Made by a program: the position numbers and the translations under genes
NCBI RefSeq assembly: GCF_009914755.1
Contig: NC_060942.1
DNA length: 64,000 nt
Reading direction: 5' to 3' (one strand)
From: the human T2T-CHM13v2.0 reference genome, Homo sapiens
The notes under the pieces: generated by a model
The model's input: only the letters and a program-made list of their open reading frames with translations
The model's database searches: none
What the model was told of the DNA's origin: nothing
In this document: positions 60,615 to 64,000 of the stretch, piece by piece
Layout: every line of letters begins with the position of its first letter
Numbering within the stretch: position 1 is the first letter of the stretch

Positions 60615-61180
60615 TAAGAAGGGAGAAATAGTAACTTCAGAGTGGAAAAACCTAGCAGACATCACCTAATTCAAGTGACCCAGATTAAGATCCCCAGGAA
60701 GAAGACACAATGATATCCTATCCATCTGCTCTCAATGAGAGGGCACGGCACCTCCACGTCTTCTGGTCAAAAATGTGTAACCTCAACCTAGTCATAAGAA
60801 AGCATCAGACAAGCCCTGGCTGGGGGACATTCCACAGAATGCTCAGTGCTCTTCAAAAGTGTCATAGTCATGAAGGACAAGGAAGTCTGAGGAACTTTCC
60901 TAGAGGAGAGGAGACTAAAAAGGCAAAGTCACTGAATGGTGTGGGGTCCTGGGTTCGATCCTACAAAAAAAAGGAGCATGAGTGAAAAACTGATGAAATC
61001 AGAATGTGGGGTGTAGTTCATCTTATCGTGCTACTTCTTCATTCTGATAACTCCACTCTAGTTATGCAAGATGGTAGCATTAGGGGATGCTGGGGGAAGG
61101 TTACTTCAGAACTCTCTGTACTTCTGTAACTCTTTCATAGCTCTTCTGTAAGTCTAAAATTATTTCCAAAACATGTTTAA
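60615..61180 (+). mobile_element. L1MC-like 3' fragment
   Basis: aatagtaacttcagagtggaaaaacctagcagacatcacct; ctcttcaaaagtgtca; ctgtaagtctaaaattatttccaaa terminus. Confidence 0.75.
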
Positions 61181-62079
61181 AGCTATAAAATTATTATTTA
61201 TTAAAATTAAAGCTTTAAGGCCAGTTGCTATTTAGCATTATCACTTTAATGTGAATATATATTTGTAAACATACATTAATGGAAGCATGAGAAATCTACT
61301 CTTTCAGCCTAGCTACAAAAGACATAAGTGGCAGAACCACAGCCTGCTGTACCCCCCACCCCACCCCACCCCAAATGCTGGCAGGAGGCCTTGCAAACCC
61401 AAATGGCAAAGGAAAGGAGGTGAAAAAAAAAGCAACCACCTCATCAAGCGGTTGGAAGCTGTGCACCTGAGGAAAGCAATCCTGGAGGGACTGAGTCTGC
61501 CCGTAAACCACCCCTTCATGCAATTCCTACAGAAGCTTTACTTACAGAACAAAGGGCAAAACAAAAGTTTTACTTACAGAATAAAGAAAAATTAAGTTCT
61601 AAGCCATCCTGGACATAAGCCATCCTGGACATCATTCTAAGATCTTCTCCCTGGGTCTGGTAATTAATTTTCCCTAACTCTGTGACTCAGTCAATCTCTT
61701 TTGGAAAAAGCATGAACATTTCCCTGCCAGGCGACCAGGGTACAGCTGATCAGCATATGCAGTCACTCCACCTCTGAGGATCAAACCCATGAGACCCCAG
61801 AGTGTGGCCTGGCTTCAGGGCATAGGGCCTAGAAGAATTCCTGATTGAAGTTAAGAAACAAGTCTTGCCCCACACCTGCCCCAAAGTTCATTCTCAAGAT
61901 TAACTACCTATTTCTTAAGCCCTATTTCAACTCATATTGCATGAAAGAAGTACCTGTTTGATTAATTTATCCCAACTAACTATAAAGCATGGTATATAAG
62001 TGAGTGTGATTATACTTTATTCTTCTTCTTAGGGTATATTATGTAATATCATGATTTAAAAAAAATACTAGCATTGTCT

Positions 62080-62223
62080 GTGGCCTCAGCTACTTGGAGG
62101 GTTGAGGTGGGAGGACCATTTGAGCCCAGAAGATCCAGGGCTGCAGTAAGCAGTGTTGGTGCCACCACACTCCAGCCTGGGTGACAAGGTAAGACCCTGT
62201 CTCAAATAAATAAATAAATAAAT
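62080..62223 (+). mobile_element. Alu right monomer (FRAM/AluJ-like)
   Basis: Right arm only with (TAAA)n tail. Confidence 0.82.
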
Positions 62224-62588
62224 ATTAGCACTGTCATCTAAAGATCCTATGCTTTGTATTTAATAAGTAGACAACATTTTTTTACCTTTCTATTGCTTTA
62301 TAGTCTCAGCAAATAAAAACAATTACTTTATATTAATCTAATAAAAAGAACTATAATGAAGTTGTATATCCCTTTTCCACTATTACCAAAGTAACTTTTT
62401 TCAAAAAAAAAACAAAAAAAAAAACGGGAAACATTTCATGACATGAGCTTAAATCTGTAAATTTTCTTTGGGGTCTATGAGGCTAGGGTTATTCCGTGGA
62501 GGAAGCACTTAAAAAAAAATCACTTGTACACAGCAAATGGCTCTGAATTGAGGAGGAGAGGGCACCTGAACTACAGTGAGAGACTCAC

Positions 62589-62699
62589 AATGCAAACGCC
62601 GTGAACATTACACTCAGCTGCATGGCCGTGGCATTCACAGGGTTGACAAATTCCTCCAAAGAGTATTCCATCCACGCGGTAATAGCCAGAGAGGCACGA
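62589..62699 (-). CDS. LAMA1: LAMA1 exon ~16 (LE)
   Basis: cag|TCG...ATT|gtgagt; 111 nt, phase 0-0; SCLSGYYRVDGILFGGICQPCECHGHAAECNVHGVCI. Confidence 0.96.
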
Positions 62700-62778
62700 C
62701 TGCAAGAGAAGGGAAAGTCATCCTCTTTCCACTACGTTACAAACAGAAACTGCTCAGTTGCCAGAGTACAGAAATGTC

Positions 62779-62905
62779 TTTTTTCTTAAACATCTTAACT
62801 GAGGTATCATTTACATGCTACACAATTCACCCATTTTAAGTGTACAATTCAATGACTTTTAGTAAAAACCTTACCGAGCTGTGCAACCATCACCATAATC
62901 CAGTT
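62779..62905 (-). mobile_element. L1M 3'-terminal fragment
   Basis: aattcacccattttaagtgtacaattcaatgacttttagta...gtgcaaccatcacca. Confidence 0.75.
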
Positions 62906-63506
62906 CCTTATTTCTTTTTAAAGGTAGAAACACACACACAAAAACGTAATGGTTGTGCAATGAGTCTTACGGCCTATTCTTGTTATGGTATTAATATCAA
63001 TATGTTTGTCCAAGTGATTTCAAAATATTTTTAGCAACAGATTACTTTCATTGAGGATTCCAAGCGCATTTTCATATATTTCACATGTAAGGTGGAGCCC
63101 ACCAAAGTAAAATAGCGAGGGGCCATAAAAGGTCTCAAAATAGGGCTGGCTTGTCTAAAGCTACCCAGGTCACATGCTGGTGATTTGTAAATGTTCAGAT
63201 ATGATCAAGTTCCATCCTCCTTAGAAACACAGTCAATGGCATGAGTATTGCAAGTTTCTTGTTGACTAAGGCAAGAGGGCAGCACTAAGTCAGAATATTG
63301 TCCGGTGCTCCAGCCCATTCCTGGTGGAGGAATCTGATTTTTTTAAACAATGTGACTTCTAATATTTCTATTGCCCAAAAAAGACTGAGCCAAACATTGG
63401 GCTGCTAAAGCTAAAAATCAAATGTTTGCCATGACATCCCCTTCAGTGCACTGTTTTCCCCTTAGGAAGGAACGAAAGGAAAAAGACAGGAAGAGAGAAG
63501 CGTCAC

Positions 63507-63618
63507 CTCACAGGAGGTCCCTGTGTAGCCTTGCGGACATTCACAGTGCTCCACATCAGCGGCCACCACCAGGTCGATGGCATTAGAGCTGGCTATGTCC
63601 AGAGAGACGGACTCCAAC
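63507..63618 (-). CDS. LAMA1: LAMA1 exon ~15 (end of L4a / start of LE)
   Basis: tag|G TTG...GAG|gtgac; 112 nt, phase 2-0; (R)LESVSLDIASSNAIDLVVAADVEHCECPQGYTGTSCE. Confidence 0.96.
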
Positions 63619-63707
63619 CTACAAATAGACAGATTGTTATGTGACTCACACGCTCGCAAATACATCTCACATCTCAATGAAGATGGGCTCCTAAAAGATT
63701 TAAATCC

Positions 63708-63998
<291 letters not shown>

Positions 63999-64000
63999 AA

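Overview
Human genomic DNA (Alu-rich, intron-dominated) spanning the middle of LAMA1 (laminin subunit alpha-1), transcribed on the minus strand. I reconstructed 34 consecutive coding exons (window 63618 down to 2413). All have GT-AG boundaries and mutually consistent phases. They encode the end of domain L4a, the LEb repeats, L4b, the LEc repeats, the whole coiled-coil and LG1. This is approximately residues 684-2300 and exons 15-48; both numberings come from memory of the canonical protein and are inferred. The window starts and ends inside introns. Almost all entries in the supplied ORF track are Alu-derived, antisense or intron read-through artefacts. The introns hold about 35 Alus plus L1, L2, MIR, MER68, THE1, Tigger3, MER5, MER103 and Charlie-type relics; subfamily calls are by eye. 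No new gene system is demonstrated. The best unexplained signals are: (1) a 219-bp, 96%-identical direct duplication bracketing exons 31-32, one copy of which contains a candidate acceptor-stop-AATAAA terminal exon; (2) interleaved inverted duplications in intron 36; (3) a near-perfect 65-bp inverted templated insertion with a fold-back scar in intron 48; (4) an AluY fused to an mRNA-like 3' end; (5) an Alu with an inverted poly(A) tail.
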